DNA from: Marsupella aquatica | Lineage: Eukaryota > Plantae > Marchantiophyta | Reading direction: 5' to 3' | Assembly (NCBI GenBank): GCA_973895155.1 | Contig: OZ316899.1 | Span: 7,009,241-7,073,240, forward strand | Length of the DNA stretch: 64,000 nucleotides | Shown: piece after piece, positions 1 through 11,431 of the stretch | Layout of the letters: the number at the start of each line of letters is the position of its first letter | How positions within the stretch are numbered: position 1 is the stretch's first letter | Notes under the pieces: model-generated | What the model saw: only the letters and a program-made list of their open reading frames with translations | The model's database searches: none | Told to the model about the DNA's origin: nothing | Position numbers and translations under genes: made by a program

Positions 1-312
1 AGTACATCTTTAGCCAAGTCACAGGGAACTATGGGCTTCTCTTCTGGCAATTTCTCTCTCTTGGCTTTGGCTTGTTGTTGAATGCTAGGTTCCACGGTCA
101 TAGGTTTCTCCGAAGCAAACAGCGCTTTGGCCCTCTTGACATCCTTGGCTATAGCTTCGGTATTCTCTAGCATCTCTAATTCTTGAAGTTGTTCCTTAAC
201 ACTAGCGGTAATGGACGGGTAGAATAGCTTGGGGTGATCTCTGTTGAAATCACTATCTTGTGAAGGGTTGGGATCACTAGTGGGCTCAGGGCTTACCTGA
301 GTTGTCAGTGCC
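1..312 (-). pseudogene. Continuation of the Gypsy gag(-pol) at 3421-5270, running off the window
   Basis: Removing the 313-3420 insert and one GTGCC copy rejoins the minus-strand reading ...EGRA|LTTQVSPEPTSDPNPSQ...EEKPIVPCDLAKDV. Confidence 0.75.
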
Positions 313-3300
313 TGTGGAATGGCTCGATATAGGTTTATGTAAGAAACTTGTCATTTTTTTGTTTTTTGAACAAGGAATAGTAAGAAAGACGTTTTAAGTG
401 CTATCGGAGTAACTAGGTTTTAGGAACTTAAGTAGGTAGAATAGGAAAGATAGTGGAATGGAAGGTTACTGAGTTGTAAGCAAGTGCCAAGGGATAAGAA
501 AGGTCTTTATGATGGGGCATACAACGTTCCGTCCTTATTAGAATAGGCGACTATTCCGAGCTGGAGAAACAACCCGACACTTGAAGTCTTACTTTTGGTT
601 CAGATTTTTCCCATAGATGCTAGGAGGTCCCTAGAGCACCCCTAAAAAGTTAGATGTCAAGTGGGGTCTCAACCTAGGGTTTCCTTGTGTTTTGGTGTGA
701 CTTAAATTAACAAAATAGCGGGTCCCGGGAAAATAAGCTGATGAGTAAATTTAGGAGTTCCAAGTTTGGAATTGGGTTAAATATGGTCCACTATATCCCT
801 GGAAACTTGTGGTAGAAGCTGGGTATCTTTGGTTACTTTTTGGGAGCATCTCAAAGGTGAGAAGAATTTTGGAAAACATAATAATTGACCCACTTTACCT
901 AATTTTAGAAAATCTGTGATAAGGTTTTGTTTAGATATTAGTAAACCGGGACATAGTCCTATGTCCAGAGAATATGTATATAAACTCAGAAGTCATTTTG
1001 GACTCATGTGTGATTTTTGGGGGCGGTCCAAAATGGCCTGGAAATACTGTTTTCCCAACAAAAAAATCCAAAATTTTTCTAAGTGTCAACCGCGTCACGG
1101 CGACCACGACCTAAGCACGAGGCCGGGGCGACTCAAGCACGAGGTCAGGAACACCATAAGGGTCAATACATGAGATGCTTGCTTTGAATTGGGATCAAGA
1201 GACAGCTACGAAATTGAATTGAGCTGCTATAGCTTCAGGCATGGGATGCTGATCAGAATTGGCTGGCCGCCTTGATGCTGCTGATTGGAATCAAGCTGCG
1301 TGCTATGGAGAAATAGGCTGCTGCTGATCAAGAGCTAGTTGGCTGGCTGTGAGCTATGGTGGGCTATGAAATTGAAGGGCTGGCAGCTGATCAGACTTAC
1401 TGTTGCACCAGAATTAGAAGGGCTAGCTTCAAGCATGAGATGTTGAGTGTTGGCTGATTAGTAAGTATGTTGCTAGCTCAATAGTGTTGCTGCTTTGCTA
1501 GCTATGAAGTTGAGAAGGGTGAGCTATGGCCGGCTGCTGGAGAATAGAGCTAGGCTGCTAGCAAATTGATTAAATGTAGTAGCAAAAGGACCAGCTGCAG
1601 GAAGAACAAGGGCTAGCTGTGAATTGGTGGGCTATGGCTGCTGCAAAATTCTGCTGCGATTTTGAATCACCTGCAAGACTGGATGGCTATGGAGGTGGAC
1701 TAAGAAGGCTGCTGCAAACCGGGCTGAGCTATCGATTGACCTGCTGCCATTCAAATCCAACAGATCATGTTGCACTTTCAGATTGAATTCAAGAGAGAGG
1801 AAAATGACTGCGAAAATTGATGTCCTTATCAAATTCTTCATAAGAAACGAGAGTATAATGAGAGTACTCTCCCCCGATGACACCTGGAATCTCCATAAGG
1901 GGCGTGTAAAGTAAGTGTAATCGGGTCGCCGCTTACACCCGCTTTACACCAAAAACAGGCCTTGGGAGAATGGGCATAACTTTGGCTAGGGGTATCCGTT
2001 GGGGCCCAAATTTTTTTGTGCTGAGTTAGGAGAAGGTAAGGCACCTGGTGAAGGTGGAAACCCAGAAAAAGAGTCACTCAAATATAGTTTTAGCCGAGGC
2101 CATGAGGGGGTCCCGATAGCTTGCAAACCAAAGTCGGCATAGGGGAATGACTACCAGATTTAGGGGCTGACCTTTCTTGCACCCATACTACTTTAGTTAG
2201 GCTCTAGGGAAAGGTACTTACCTTTTTTCAAAGGTGTAAGGCCATCATGTTAAGAAAAGTAAGTATAGGGGGTAGTTTACTTAGGGTAGTTAGTAAAATA
2301 AAGCCATCTTTGACTAGGCACAACTTGAGACTCACACACTCTTTTTGCGAGATTTCAAGTGGGTTGGGAAGCTGGTGAGGAGGACCATAAGTGGGAGAAG
2401 GTTTGGAGGTCAAGGCATGCAACTCATGTGTGGCATATTCCAGGGCTTGGAAGGAGTCCAAACAATAGGTTGTAGGGTGGGCTACGAACTATAGAGTTGG
2501 ACTTTGTGTGTTAGGAGGACTTGGGGGAGGAGTAGTTGGACCCCAGGTCAAGCTTGGTGTGGTGTGGAAGGAGAATAGTATATGAGTAAGTTTTCATTTG
2601 TTAGGGACCGGGAGTCTCATCTCTTAAGTGGAATCTCTACCTTGCCAAGGTAGGGCTAAGCTTGAGAAGGGAGAGGTGGTCCATGCTTAGTGTGGAGAAT
2701 GTGTAGTGAACTTTTGTTGTAAAGGTGATACAATAAAAGGAGACTTGTCAATCTTCATTGTGACCATTAAGTGTGAGTGCATTTGAAGTGTATGGGAGCA
2801 AGAGAAGAGTCCATGCTATGGTGTAATCTTGGTCTAAGCTCAAAGGGGATGTGCTAGTACAAAACCAAGGCCAAGGAGGCAAGGTTAAGGTAGAGCACTA
2901 CTTTGAGACTTAGAGAGAATTATAGCTTGAGGATGGAGAGTACTTTGCTTGGTGTGTGACCGTGTTAACAAAAAGTAAGTACAAAAGGAAGAGTCCTTAG
3001 ATAGAGGAGCCTTCTCTAGAGCTCAAAGGGGATGTGTGGACCCAAACCAAGGCCAGGAGGCAAGGTTGAGGGGTAACACTACTTTGAGGGTCTTGAGGAG
3101 ACTTAAGCTTGAAGAGAAAAGTACTTTGGGTTCTTGGGTGTTTGTGTGAGAATCTACTCTAAGGTGATAGCTTGGAGCGGAGATCCCCCTTGCTGATCCT
3201 TGGAGTAGAGGAGAGGGAAAGGGTGTGAGTACAAAAGTAGTCAAGGGGACTACCTCTCTAGAAGTGGAGAGATGAAACTACTTATGTATGGAGTGATTAG

Positions 3301-3420
3301 ACATTGTAGACACATTTCAGAAGTTTTGTCAATCCTTTGTGACCTGGTATGATATGGAGCAAGTATTAGGTAGTCTTTTGGGGAGAAAAACCGCTTAAGC
3401 TCCTTGACAAGTGTTTGACA
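313..3420. mobile_element. Solo LTR, ~3.1 kb, inserted in gag
   Basis: Begins TGTGG (313) and ends TGACA (3420). Perfect 5-bp TSD GTGCC at 308-312 and 3421-3425. No retroelement ORF inside. Internal direct repeat ~2838-2950 vs ~3021-3130. Confidence 0.85.
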
Positions 3421-5270
3421 GTGCCCTTCCTTCTCCCTCCGTTGATGTTGATGAAGAGTTGATCCCTTCCTCCTTGGTCTTCCCCCTTGTTCTTGGCCAA
3501 ACCATCCCACATTTCCTTCCTTCTTGTTGAACGAGTAGAAACCCCATAGTAGTCATGGTCTAGTTCTTCTTTTGAGAATGTTGATAAGGCCTAGCCTCAG
3601 CCTCGTCATCAGATGGTCCAAATTTGGCCTCGGCATCTATCTGCCATCCCAGTTCAATGTGATTGATTTTTGAACTCCACCTGGTGTTGTACCCGGTGGC
3701 AGGACCTTGACCGGCAAGAGTTTTTGATTAGTGGCCAATCTTGCCAACCAAGTAGGGCACTGTCCCAGCATGTGGCCCTCTTGACGGCATCCCATACACA
3801 ACTGAGCTGGTTGCCCATCACCATGTTTCCTTGCATTTGGGCACTCTCTAGCAAAATGTCCAGGTTGACCACAGTTATAGCATGCCGCAAATCTTTGTAC
3901 ATTCGGCCTAGGAGCCACAGATGGATTTTGAATGATTTGTGCATACATTTCACCCAAGTTATTTCTTAATCCCGACCAGAGGGATGCTGGGCGATTGGCC
4001 AGATCCTGTGCTCCTGTCTCGCTAATGCCAAAAATGCTATCAGCCACATTCCCTAGGAAGTACTCTACTTCTCCCTGATTCCGTCTGGTCTTGGTAACTT
4101 GCCGGATATGACTAGAGTTTAGTTTAGGACATGTATCTTTGTGGTGTCCGGTCTTATAACATAAAGCACACCATACAGAGTTGTCCTCGACTACTACCTT
4201 CTTCTTTGCCTTAGCCTCTGCTATGATAGCCCGCAGTTGGTCAGTAAGAGCTACAAGGTTATCTGGGGCTGGAGGGTTAGCCTCAATTTTGACCTTCAAC
4301 TTCCTCCTTCTGACTTTCTTTTTCCTAGATTTTTCTTCCTCGGAGCTAGAAGAGGACTCACTCTTGCTACTTTCACTATCTGAGCTTGAGTTGTCACTTC
4401 TTGACTTCTTGGAATTTTTCTTCTTTGTCTTCTTCTTGGTTCATCCTTCATCAGATGATGAGCTCCCTGATTTGAAAAGTTTCTTCCAACTCGTGATATT
4501 TGCATTAATATATAAATGGATATCTCTAACTGCATCGGCTAAGGTCTCCGGGTTCTCCTTCCTAATTGCAAAGCTCATCTTCTGTGGTAACGCATTTACT
4601 AACCATTGAAGTTGCATACCTTCCGATGCATTGGTCTTTGTTTGTCTTACCAGCTTTTGGAAGCATTGTAAGAACTCATGGAAGGACTTGTTCTCCTTGA
4701 ACCGAAGTCATCCTAACTTCAGTATAGCCAATTCTGAGGTTCTAATGGGTCGAAACTCCTTGACAAACAATGATTTGAAGAGTTCCCAATTGCCCAGCTC
4801 CTCAGCGTCTAGTACCCTGTATCACGGTCTTGCCTCACCTTTGAACAAACCGGGAAGGATTTGCATCCTAATGGCCGACTCTCCATTTGCTGCAGTGGTC
4901 CCTTCAAAATCATTCAACCATTCATCAGGATCCTCATCTCCTCTGCCATGAAATGCTTTGTAATGGATGTGAGACCGTTGATCAGTCTGGTCCCTCCCCT
5001 CTCTCCTGGTCGTGCCTCTGGTTCCCCCATGCTCTCTGTTGGGGAGCTAACGCTTGAATTGAACAGACTCCAGGTAACCGATCCTTCATCTAATTCCTCC
5101 TCCTCAACACCACTCTCTATTACGGAGCTACTAGCTCTATTTGCCCCTCTCAGTCATTGTGTTTCCTGCCACCCGACGATCTGCTGCAAACAACTCTCTC
5201 CCGTTGTATTGCTCTTTCCTCCCTCAATGTAGGTTCAGTCATTACCTACACTTCTTTACCTAGATCCATA
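3421..5270 (-). pseudogene. gag: Ty3/Gypsy (non-chromovirus, Tat/Athila-like) gag, disrupted, with three CCHC zinc knuckles
   Basis: Retrotransposon gag motif FHGRGDEDPDEWLNDFE near 4900-4950. Knuckles CALCYKTGHHKDTC, CYNCGQPGHFAREC and CMGCRQEGHMLGQC in ORF 3637-4299. Several stops and frameshifts. Confidence 0.85.
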
Positions 5271-5290
5271 TCTCACGGCTTAAGAAATGC

Positions 5291-5308
5291 CCCCTCCATC
5301 TAGCGCCA
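5291..5308 (-). promoter_or_regulatory. Primer-binding site TGGCGCTAGATGGAGGGG
   Basis: Starts with TGG, 4 nt after the CA end of the adjacent LTR (5313 on minus strand) and just upstream of gag. Resembles non-Met PBS types of Tat/Athila-group elements; cognate tRNA not determined. Confidence 0.7.
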
Positions 5309-6213
5309 AAAATGTGGTGCATCCCATGGCTCTCTAACCCCAAGAATCCTCCCTTAACAAGCCGATTCCCACTGGTTTCTTGCTTGCCAAGGCTGGTTCT
5401 GTGGTTTATCGGCATGGGACGCTGCTAACTCCTCTCTACTTCTTAGCCACATATATTGGACAGATCCTTCATCGGGTCATGAGATATGCACCCAGCCTAC
5501 TCTAAGCCTCTCCTTACTCTCTTCTATCGGTCTCCCTTCAGGCATGTTTGGATTCCGCCCCCAGAGTGATGCCCAATCGGCTTGGGTAGCCGCTAAGATC
5601 CCTCTCAACTCAACACATCCAACTCTTCCTGCTCCTAAACTTCCTTTCTCTCTTTGGTTGATGTGGGCAATCTTCACACAAGTTGGTGCGACACACAATT
5701 AGAAAGATGACTCCTACTGACTAAGGTATGCCATGCCATTGCCATACAAGGAGTACTTCTCATACACAAGGTCTGCAAACTAAGCCCAAAGGCCAAATCT
5801 ATTGATTTCAGCTCTTAGGTATGAGGAAACATGAATGTACACAAGGGTCACAGCATAACTAACCAAGAGCTTCTCTTTACTAATTGATTCCAGCCTTGCT
5901 GGTGCACTAAAACTTGCTTAAGAAGAAGGCCCTCTGGTTCGCGCTGCCCAGGTATTTATCCTAGCAGCGTACCTACCTATTTCCTTGTTGCATAAGCCAA
6001 ATCCACCTCTAAGTGGAATCTACCTATGTACAGCGGGGCAAGAGCACAAGTGTTGCTCTTACCAGTGGATCCGCAATCCCACTAATCTAAGTGTTAGAGA
6101 CGCTTATTGGTCCTGATCCTAATCCTAATTCTGGAGGTCCGCGCCCGCTCTACCCACTCATGCCTCCTACCTCCACGTCCGCCCTCTCTAAAAGGGACGA
6201 CGCCCTTACACCA

Positions 6214-7313
6214 TCACAACGCTGGTGGTTGGTCCTCAATGGACGCCCCTAATCCTTCCTTGGCGGCCAATGTAGGCTCCCCGTCCTCTGACAAGTTACC
6301 AGCTCCTAATTGGGTCAACCCATCTTCAGCGTGACCAGGCCCCACCCTTATTTTGGCCTCAGCCTCCTTGGCTTCTGCCTGCCCGGCCTTGGCCTGCCCG
6401 GCTTTTGGCTCCCCGACTTCTGCCTCCCCGGCTTCTGCCTCCCCGGCCTCGCCCAGTGGGGGTTTCACCCCTGTGGCTTCTGTACTGTCCCTCCTAGTAT
6501 TGGCTACCCTGCCGTAGTGGTCCTCCTCATAGGCTCATTCTATGAGTCGGGTTGTCTCGTCCTCCCAAGGTTGCGGTTGATGCCGATCAATGGTTGGAAA
6601 CCTTGAGTCAGTGCTTGTCATGGCCTCCCCCAACCGGTCTTCTTGGCCTACCTCCAGGACTGCTTCTTGATAGCCACAACCTTGCATATGGCCGGTGCCA
6701 TGCTCTCCACCTCAGCCACGGTGGCCTGACAAATGGTGTGGCTCCCTGACCCAGAAGGCTTCCGCTTTTTGTCCTTCCCCTCCCAAGCAGCTGGTGCCTT
6801 CCCCTTGCCACTTACTTCCGGCAAAGGTGAGGGTACCATAGCTTGTCGCTCGGTTAGTACCACGCCTTGCAACCTTGTTGCCGCCACCAGAGGTCCACTT
6901 GTTGCGGCCAGCCCATTTAGCTCCTTGGACTGCTTCTTCAACCGCTCAGTTTGGTTGTCCGCCTGCCTCTGCAGATTTTCTATTTTCTGGGTGGTGTCCT
7001 CCAATTCCACCAGGGTCTCGTCTAAATCCCCACAAGCTTGCTCCAACTCTGTCATGTTCTTGTCCAACTCCTTCCGTAAGGCCGCCCTCTCCTCCTGGGT
7101 TGCTTTCAACTCCGTGTTGAGCTCATGGACGACATCAAACTTGATCTTATTCATTTTCTTGTAGGTTTGATTGAGCATGTCATCCTTCTTACGCAACTTT
7201 ACTTGAAAGTTGGCCGACAGGTCCTCAAGGTCTTCTTTTAACTTGTCGATGCCCCTGTAGGTGTCATCAAGTTTGCCTTTCTTCTGATGGAGGGCTTTGC
7301 AGCATTCTTTGAT
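6214..7313 (-). pseudogene. C-terminal coiled-coil and acidic part of the LTR-embedded family-A gene (copy 1)
   Basis: ORF 6648-7196 (KKDDMLNQTYKKMNKIKFDVVHELNTELKATQEERAALRKEL) matches 38180-38782 and 41733-42362. A 15-bp repeat encodes EAGEA at ~6370-6450. Confidence 0.75.
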
Positions 7314-7337
7314 GGTAATGGTAATGGTAATGGTAAT
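7314..7337 (-). repeat. LINE 3' tail (ATTACC)4
   Basis: GGTAAT x4 on the plus strand, ~110 nt after the ORF2 stop and at the insertion boundary. Confidence 0.85.
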
Positions 7338-7444
7338 GTATTATAAGCTCCGGGACCATGAAAGTCAAAGGAGCTGCCACAAAAGTAAAGTACAATGCAA
7401 TCAAAGAAAAGAGCAACCAAAAGAGATTGCTCAGAAGAGGACAA

Positions 7445-10400
7445 CTATGTCCTCAAAGAAACTATGGACCTAGAGAGCCCTGAAAGATTTTCCAAACCTA
7501 TTCTCCTTTCCCTATCCACCGCAAAGATATATCTTCCAAGTTGCTGAGGGGGCAGACCAAACAATGCATACAAATCTTTCACCAAGATTTGAGATGCCAT
7601 CCTAACCCCCTCATAAAACTTGCAAGCAATGAATACATGATATTCATTCTCAATACTAGAGCTATCACATAGTTGACAAACCCTCTTTTTCCTGTCAATA
7701 TCCTTCCATCTCCCTTGTTCTACTTCAAGGTGGTGTGAGCTTAGTCTATACTGAGCAATAAGTTGTCTAAGTTGTACTGAGATAGTGCTAGATAAGTATT
7801 CTTGTTCTCGATATTTCTTCATGGGGTTCACATCTCTCATGTAGTATTGCTGCCGTGGGCTAGGTTCATGCCAAAGTTTGTGCAAAGCCTTTTGCTCAAG
7901 TTTTGCTCTTAGCTTGGTTGGGTGTGTTGGCCATTCATGTTCAGGAAAATCCCAAGCATGGGCCCACCTGCACACATCTGCATACCACCCTTTAGCTGAA
8001 GATGAGCGCAAGGCATGAAAAGGAAATCTGTTTTCCTCCAACTCTCTTACACGCATGATGTATTTGAGTGTGTGGAAGAGTGCCTCCACCTCCAAAGGAA
8101 ACAAGCCTGCCTCTGCAAGTGTAAGTGCATATGGGGTTTGTGACTTGATCCCAAGCTCCATCTCAAGAAATAGCTTTTGCAGCCCCTCAATCTGTTGCCA
8201 CCCAGATTTAGACACACCTGCTCCCCAAATTGGTGCTCCATAAAGAATGACTGGTTTCACCAAAGCTCCAAAGAGATGTTTCCTTAACCTCCAAGTGTGT
8301 AGACCAGCTCTTTTGCATTTGTTCATGAATGCATAAAAAGCTCTGTACCCATTGGCAGCCCTAGATTTTACACATGAGGCCCAACTCAAGTTTTGAGAGA
8401 ACTCCACCCCAAGGTATTTGTAGATCCTCACAAATTCCACCAGATTCCCTTGGAAGTAGAGCTCTGGATTTTGTCGTGTGCCAATGCCCAAACACTTGGT
8501 CTTCTTGAGGTTGACTACCATCCCTGTTGCTTGACAAAACTCCTCCAAGGCATTGAGATGTCTTTGCAAAGCTTCTTGAGCATGAGCAAGTAGGACCACA
8601 TCATCTGCAAATATAAGAAGTTGGAGGACAAACCTACCCAATTGAGTGCCAACTCCACCATGCTCCTCCAAAATGTTGTGTAGCTGATCAATGAAGATGC
8701 CAAAGAGAGTTGGTGAGAGAGGACAACCTTGGATCACCCCAAGAGTGCTCCAGATTTCTTCGGAGGTTTCCTTTGAAAGTTTGATGCGCACTTCTTGGTA
8801 CAATTTAGAAACAGCCAACCTGAGCTCTTCAGGCACTTCCAACTCCACCATCCTATCCCAAAGCTTGGATCGGGAAACTTTGTCAAAGGCCTTGGAGAAG
8901 TCCACAAACAAGCAAAATAATGGTTTATGTGGAGATTTGGCCTTTTCACACAACACCCTCAAGCAGAGAATGTGATCCATAGTGCTGAATTCTCTCCTAC
9001 AACCTGCTTGTGAAGGTGCCCTTTTCATCTCACTCTCCAACCAAGAGCTTAATCTGGCTTCAAGTAGTCCTCCCAAAACTTTAGCAAAAGTATTGCCTAC
9101 CATGATGGTTCTGTAGTTGTGCACATCGTCCTTGTTGCCTGCCTTGAAGATAGGCACCACTCTTCTGGTCATCCAAGCTTTAGGTAAACCTAAAGCCATT
9201 GCTTGATTCAGCTCATGCACCAAGTTTGTTAGTAAAGAGGGTCCTCCCCACAAAAGAAGCTCCAAGTTCAGGCCCAACAGATCTTTAGCTTTCCCATGTT
9301 GCATGTGGGAAAGATGCACCTTCACCTCCCTCTCTGTAAACTGAATGGTGTCCCCAAGGGGCAAAGGCATGCCACTAGCATCTGGAAAGAAATACAAGGA
9401 TGTGACATAGGTTACCAGGTCCTGGTGATCCAAGGGGGGAGTAGTCTTGCCTGATTGCATTCTCTCCCAAAAACGTTTTGGATGTTTGATGAACTCCTCA
9501 CATAGTGATTGTTGATGACTCTTCAAGAAGCACCTCTTCTTGTGTTTGATGAAGTTCTTGTACATAGTGAATGCCAAAAGTCTCTTTTCCCCTGAATGTG
9601 ATCTTGCTTGCATCCTTGCTCTAGCACAATCCTCGTCAAACCAAGCCTTCATGTTTTGCTTTCTAGGGGGTTTGGTGGAGAAAGTAGAGGCTGCTGCTTG
9701 TGCTATGACTTCTGAGAGCTCAATCTGATCATCCAGGGTATGGAGAAGATGTTCAAAGTTGGCTTTGAAGATGACTTCTCTATCAGGGTCTAGAAACAGA
9801 GGTTTGGGTACTGGCTTTCTATGCACTTTGTTTGGGATTGTGGTCAGGTCAAGATGGAACAACAAAGGCAAGTGTGAAGACTCTGGTTGTTGATCAAGTA
9901 TTTGAAAGTCAACCACTCTAGTGGCAGAGGTAGGTGAGGCAAGAAGGTAATCAATGGTACTACATCCTTGTTTAGATCTAAAAGTGTAACCAGATGATTG
10001 GGGAAATCTCTCAAGCCCATTCAATATTCTTAGATTACAAGAAGCTCCCAAATGCAAAAAGTGATGTGTCATGTCATTTGTTCTGGTGTCAAGAGCCTCT
10101 CTCACCCAAGGTATCTCTTCACTACATGATGACCAAGGTAAAGTTCCTAAGTCCTCACTTTCAGTAAATTGTTCATTAGATACCCTGGCATTAAAGTCCC
10201 CCACTATCCATGTCTCCCCTAGTGGTGATATATCATGAATGACTTGGATTAACCTATGAAATGGATAATGTGCATCAGCAATTCCCATCTTATAGACATT
10301 CATATTAAGGGGAGCAAAGTAGGTGACAATCAGAAATGATGGAGTACCTCTGGTATGAAGTCTCACCACCATGAACTGCTTGCTGGGATCTTCATGCTCA

Positions 10401-10648
10401 ATAGAGGTGATGTGTTGAAGTTGATTCTTGGTGTAGACAGCAATGCCTCCAAACCCTCTTCCCCGTGTGGTCTTCTTCTCATTGAAGATGGATTGTATGC
10501 AAGTAAAGCCTTTAATGCTAGGTAGAGCATTTCCCTCATATTCCCAAGTCTCCGTGAAAAGCAAGATGTCAAAATTCTCAAACAAAGGTTCCCCTCCAAT
10601 TGCTGTTTCTATGGAAAGTCCTGAAACATTCCATGCCATGACTCTCAA
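7445..10648 (-). CDS. LINE ORF2: AP endonuclease + reverse transcriptase + C-terminal Cys/His motif, uninterrupted (1067 aa)
   Basis: EN motifs AWNV, LFTETW, VGDFNA, STIDY, SSHLPL. RT motifs FVDFSKAFD, GVIQGCPLSPTLF, LIFADD, YKYLG. C-terminus RLSSHHLEVEQGRW...CQLC...ENEYHVFIAC. Confidence 0.93.
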   Translation of the reverse strand: MRVMAWNVSGLSIETAIGGEPLFENFDILLFTETWEYEGNALPSIKGFTCIQSIFNEKKTTRGRGFGGIAVYTKNQLQHITSIEHEDPSKQFMVVRLHTRGTPSFLIVTYFAPLNMNVYKMGIADAHYPFHRLIQVIHDISPLGETWIVGDFNARVSNEQFTESEDLGTLPWSSCSEEIPWVREALDTRTNDMTHHFLHLGASCNLRILNGLERFPQSSGYTFRSKQGCSTIDYLLASPTSATRVVDFQILDQQPESSHLPLLFHLDLTTIPNKVHRKPVPKPLFLDPDREVIFKANFEHLLHTLDDQIELSEVIAQAAASTFSTKPPRKQNMKAWFDEDCARARMQARSHSGEKRLLAFTMYKNFIKHKKRCFLKSHQQSLCEEFIKHPKRFWERMQSGKTTPPLDHQDLVTYVTSLYFFPDASGMPLPLGDTIQFTEREVKVHLSHMQHGKAKDLLGLNLELLLWGGPSLLTNLVHELNQAMALGLPKAWMTRRVVPIFKAGNKDDVHNYRTIMVGNTFAKVLGGLLEARLSSWLESEMKRAPSQAGCRREFSTMDHILCLRVLCEKAKSPHKPLFCLFVDFSKAFDKVSRSKLWDRMVELEVPEELRLAVSKLYQEVRIKLSKETSEEIWSTLGVIQGCPLSPTLFGIFIDQLHNILEEHGGVGTQLGRFVLQLLIFADDVVLLAHAQEALQRHLNALEEFCQATGMVVNLKKTKCLGIGTRQNPELYFQGNLVEFVRIYKYLGVEFSQNLSWASCVKSRAANGYRAFYAFMNKCKRAGLHTWRLRKHLFGALVKPVILYGAPIWGAGVSKSGWQQIEGLQKLFLEMELGIKSQTPYALTLAEAGLFPLEVEALFHTLKYIMRVRELEENRFPFHALRSSSAKGWYADVCRWAHAWDFPEHEWPTHPTKLRAKLEQKALHKLWHEPSPRQQYYMRDVNPMKKYREQEYLSSTISVQLRQLIAQYRLSSHHLEVEQGRWKDIDRKKRVCQLCDSSSIENEYHVFIACKFYEGVRMASQILVKDLYALFGLPPQQLGRYIFAVDRERRIGLENLSGLSRSIVSLRT

Positions 10649-10660
10649 GGTCCCGATCCA

Positions 10661-11431
10661 TCATTTAGAAACAACTCTCTTCTTATTGGTAACAACAGCT
10701 TGTCCATTGCGCAAGTAGGCTACCAATCCTTGGTCTTTGGCTACCCTCACCTTCTCAAGCTCAATTTTCCTTGCTTGGACTTGTGTGGGAGTCAGATCAT
10801 CATCCAACCAAATCCTTAGCCCTTTAAGCATGCTCCTGTTAGCCATCACTCTAGCTTTCTCGGATTCAGCTGCAAACTTCACCAAGATTGGACGTGGAAG
10901 GTCCCCCTTCTTTTGCCCAATCCTATATGCTTGCAAAATGATAGGGTCATGCACTTTCATCTGAGATTGGAAGAATGAAATTGCTACCTTCTTGGTGTCT
11001 TCCTTCTCCTCCTCAACAAGGCCTGATATTTTGCAGTTGCTGACTCTTGCATGCTGGTTCTTGTGTTCTTCCTCTAGTGCTCTCCTCTCCTCCTCCTTGG
11101 CTTGGACAAATTCCATATGTGATTGTTTTGCAGTCTGTGCAAAGGTTTTGAGCTTCTCCTCAATCTCCCCTACAGCCTCATGTATCACTGATTTCTCTGG
11201 GCACATACTCTTCTCCATGTCTCCAAAACACGATGCAAGCAATGAGAGTTGCTTACCATTCTCCTGAGTTTGAGATCGAAGATCACTAATCAACCTCTTT
11301 TGCTTGACATTCTCATTCTTTAGCTCCGTCACCTCCTTGCTGAGTGTGGTAATCTCAATTGCGGAGTTTTCAGCCACAACTAAGATTTTCTCAAGCAAAG
11401 CCTTGAGATGGGCAATCTCCTCCGTTGCCAT
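10661..11431 (-). CDS. LINE ORF1 (coiled coil + RRM/CTD-like nucleic-acid-binding region), intact
   Basis: N-terminal heptads, then NCKISGLVEE, AYRIG, PRPILVKF and IWLDDDLT, typical of LINE ORF1p. Lies directly upstream of ORF2. Confidence 0.85.
   Translation of the reverse strand: MATEEIAHLKALLEKILVVAENSAIEITTLSKEVTELKNENVKQKRLISDLRSQTQENGKQLSLLASCFGDMEKSMCPEKSVIHEAVGEIEEKLKTFAQTAKQSHMEFVQAKEEERRALEEEHKNQHARVSNCKISGLVEEEKEDTKKVAISFFQSQMKVHDPIILQAYRIGQKKGDLPRPILVKFAAESEKARVMANRSMLKGLRIWLDDDLTPTQVQARKIELEKVRVAKDQGLVAYLRNGQAVVTNKKRVVSK

Noticed and set aside
916-3510. Short ORFs in the 3.1-kb solo LTR as another LTR-embedded gene
   Set aside because: All under 90 aa, in mixed frames, with no similarity to the family-A/B/C protein that I could see.
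4181-4609. Ser/Leu/Phe-rich plus-strand ORF and similar ORFs (6733-7164, 38301-38675, 47137-47589)
   Set aside because: Antisense shadows of Lys/Glu-rich minus-strand coding sequence.
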